Assembly: GCF_030144855.1 (NCBI RefSeq)
Contig: NC_082732.1
Location: forward strand, 30,938,001 to 31,002,000
Direction: 5' to 3'
Origin: Hypanus sabinus
Taxonomy: Eukaryota
Length of the DNA: 64,000 nt
The number at the start of each line of letters is the position of its first letter. Within the stretch, counting starts at the first letter, position 1. Under the pieces are notes generated by a model. The model worked only from the letters and a program-made list of their open reading frames with translations, was not told the DNA's origin and made no database searches. The translations under genes and the position numbers were made by a program. Positions 62,725 through 64,000 of the stretch are shown here, piece after piece.

Positions 62725-64000
62725 CTTTAGAATCAGAGTAATACAGCAGGAAAACAAACCCTTCAATCCAACTGGTCTGTGGCAGGAAAACTGGTCCCTG
62801 CTAGTCCACATTCAGCCCATAACCTTCCAGGCCCCTTTGCACTGTGTACCTATCCAAGTGCCTCTTAAATGTTGCATTTGTACCCACCCCAACCACTTCC
62901 ACTAGCAGCTCAATCCAGCCCCTCACTGCCTCCTGAAAGAAGTTCTCTGAGAAAGGAAGTGGCATTTGGATAGGTACATGGAGTGGAGGGGTTTAAAGGG
63001 TTATGGGCTGAATGCAGGCAAATCCTAAATCTGTCTCCTTTTATCTTGTATCAACTAATTTTGGACTCCCAACCCTGCCGAAAGATAATGACAACCCAAG
63101 GAATAAAACTCCATTGTGGACATCATCTCCCTATAATTCAGGCCCTCTTGTTCGAGCAGCATCCTCAAATCTCTTTTACACCCTCTTCAACTTGATGATG
63201 TCTTTCTTATAACAGGGTGATCAAAACTGTACACAATACTTTAAGTGTGGTCTCCCCAATGTTATTGCAACATATTGACCCTACTCCTGAACTCAATGTC
63301 TGACTGATAAAGATCAGCCTTCTCCACCCTATGTACTACACAACCACTCAGTGTACGATACAATTGTACTCCCAGGTTCTTCTGTTCCTCAACATTCAAC
63401 AGTGCCCTGCCATTCACTGTGTAAGTCCTTTCCTGGTTTGAATATCCAAAAGTTGAAATTTATTTTCCAGTCCCCAGCCCATCTCCTTAACTTAGCAAGA
63501 TTTTTTTAATTCATCATGACCTGTTTCACTTTCAATGGGACCTCCTAATTTAGTATCAAACTTGCTAAGTGTGTCGTCTGCATTCACATCAAAATCATTT
63601 GCATAATGAATGAATAACAGAGGTCTTTCACTGACCCCTGCGGCGCCCCACTAGTCGCATTCCTCCAGTCAGAGAATTGACTTCAACCTTCACCCTCTGC
63701 TTTCCAGAATCAAATCAATTCTGAATCAAGCTCGCTAACTCCCCCTGCATTCCAAGTGACCTAACCTTCCAGATCAGCCTGCCATGCAGGACCTTGTCAA
63801 AGGCCTTACTCAAGACCATAAAGACAGCATCCATTGGCCTACCTTCATCTATATTTTTTGTTAAAACTCCAAAAGATTCATGGACATAACCTACCACACA
63901 CAAAACTGCACTGACTATCCATGTGATGGTAGATCTTGTCCCTCAGAATTCCATCCAGTAACCTTCCTACAGTGAAGTCAGGCTCACCAGCCTGTAGATG
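62725..64000 (-). mobile_element. CR1-clade LINE, degraded, running off the window end
   Basis: IDEGRPMDAVFMVLSKAFDKVLHGRLIWKVRSLG, and actagtggggcgccgcaggggtcagtg (TSGAPQGSV). Confidence 0.85.

Noticed and set aside
1-64000. CRISPR array, prokaryotic operon, LTR/endogenous virus or intact transposase
   Set aside because: No regularly spaced repeat-spacer units, gene-dense region, gag/integrase motifs or DDE ORF were seen. All RT-like ORFs are non-LTR or Penelope fragments.

Overview
This is vertebrate nuclear DNA, almost certainly from a cartilaginous fish (ray or shark), judged from HER1/HE1-type LINE/SINE tails and an elasmobranch-type ~65-bp tandem repeat. The window lies inside one gene, CAMTA1 (+ strand). 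Four coding exons are visible: 37677-37817, 39785-41691, 49887-50013 and 50924-51058. They have canonical GT-AG sites and compatible phases, total 2310 nt (770 codons), and cover the post-CG-1 region, the long activation region and the TIG/IPT domain. The rest is intron, packed with 5'-truncated and often nested retroelements: CR1-clade, Rex1/Babar, L2, Penelope-like (GIY-YIG), a bipartite RTE derivative, V-SINE and Deu-SINE remnants, plus hAT-type MITEs. The most notable unexplained structure is a set of Penelope-derived terminal-repeat fragments carrying minimal hammerhead-ribozyme-like motifs. One is a ~200-bp fold-back mini-element with a 13-bp target duplication, whose symmetry axis sits at the ribozyme core. 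CAMTA1 also carries a 17-Gln tract where I recall only QQ in mammals. I found no evidence for a wholly new gene system. Repeat boundaries are approximate (tens of bp), and family names and orthology come from recalled motifs, not database searches.
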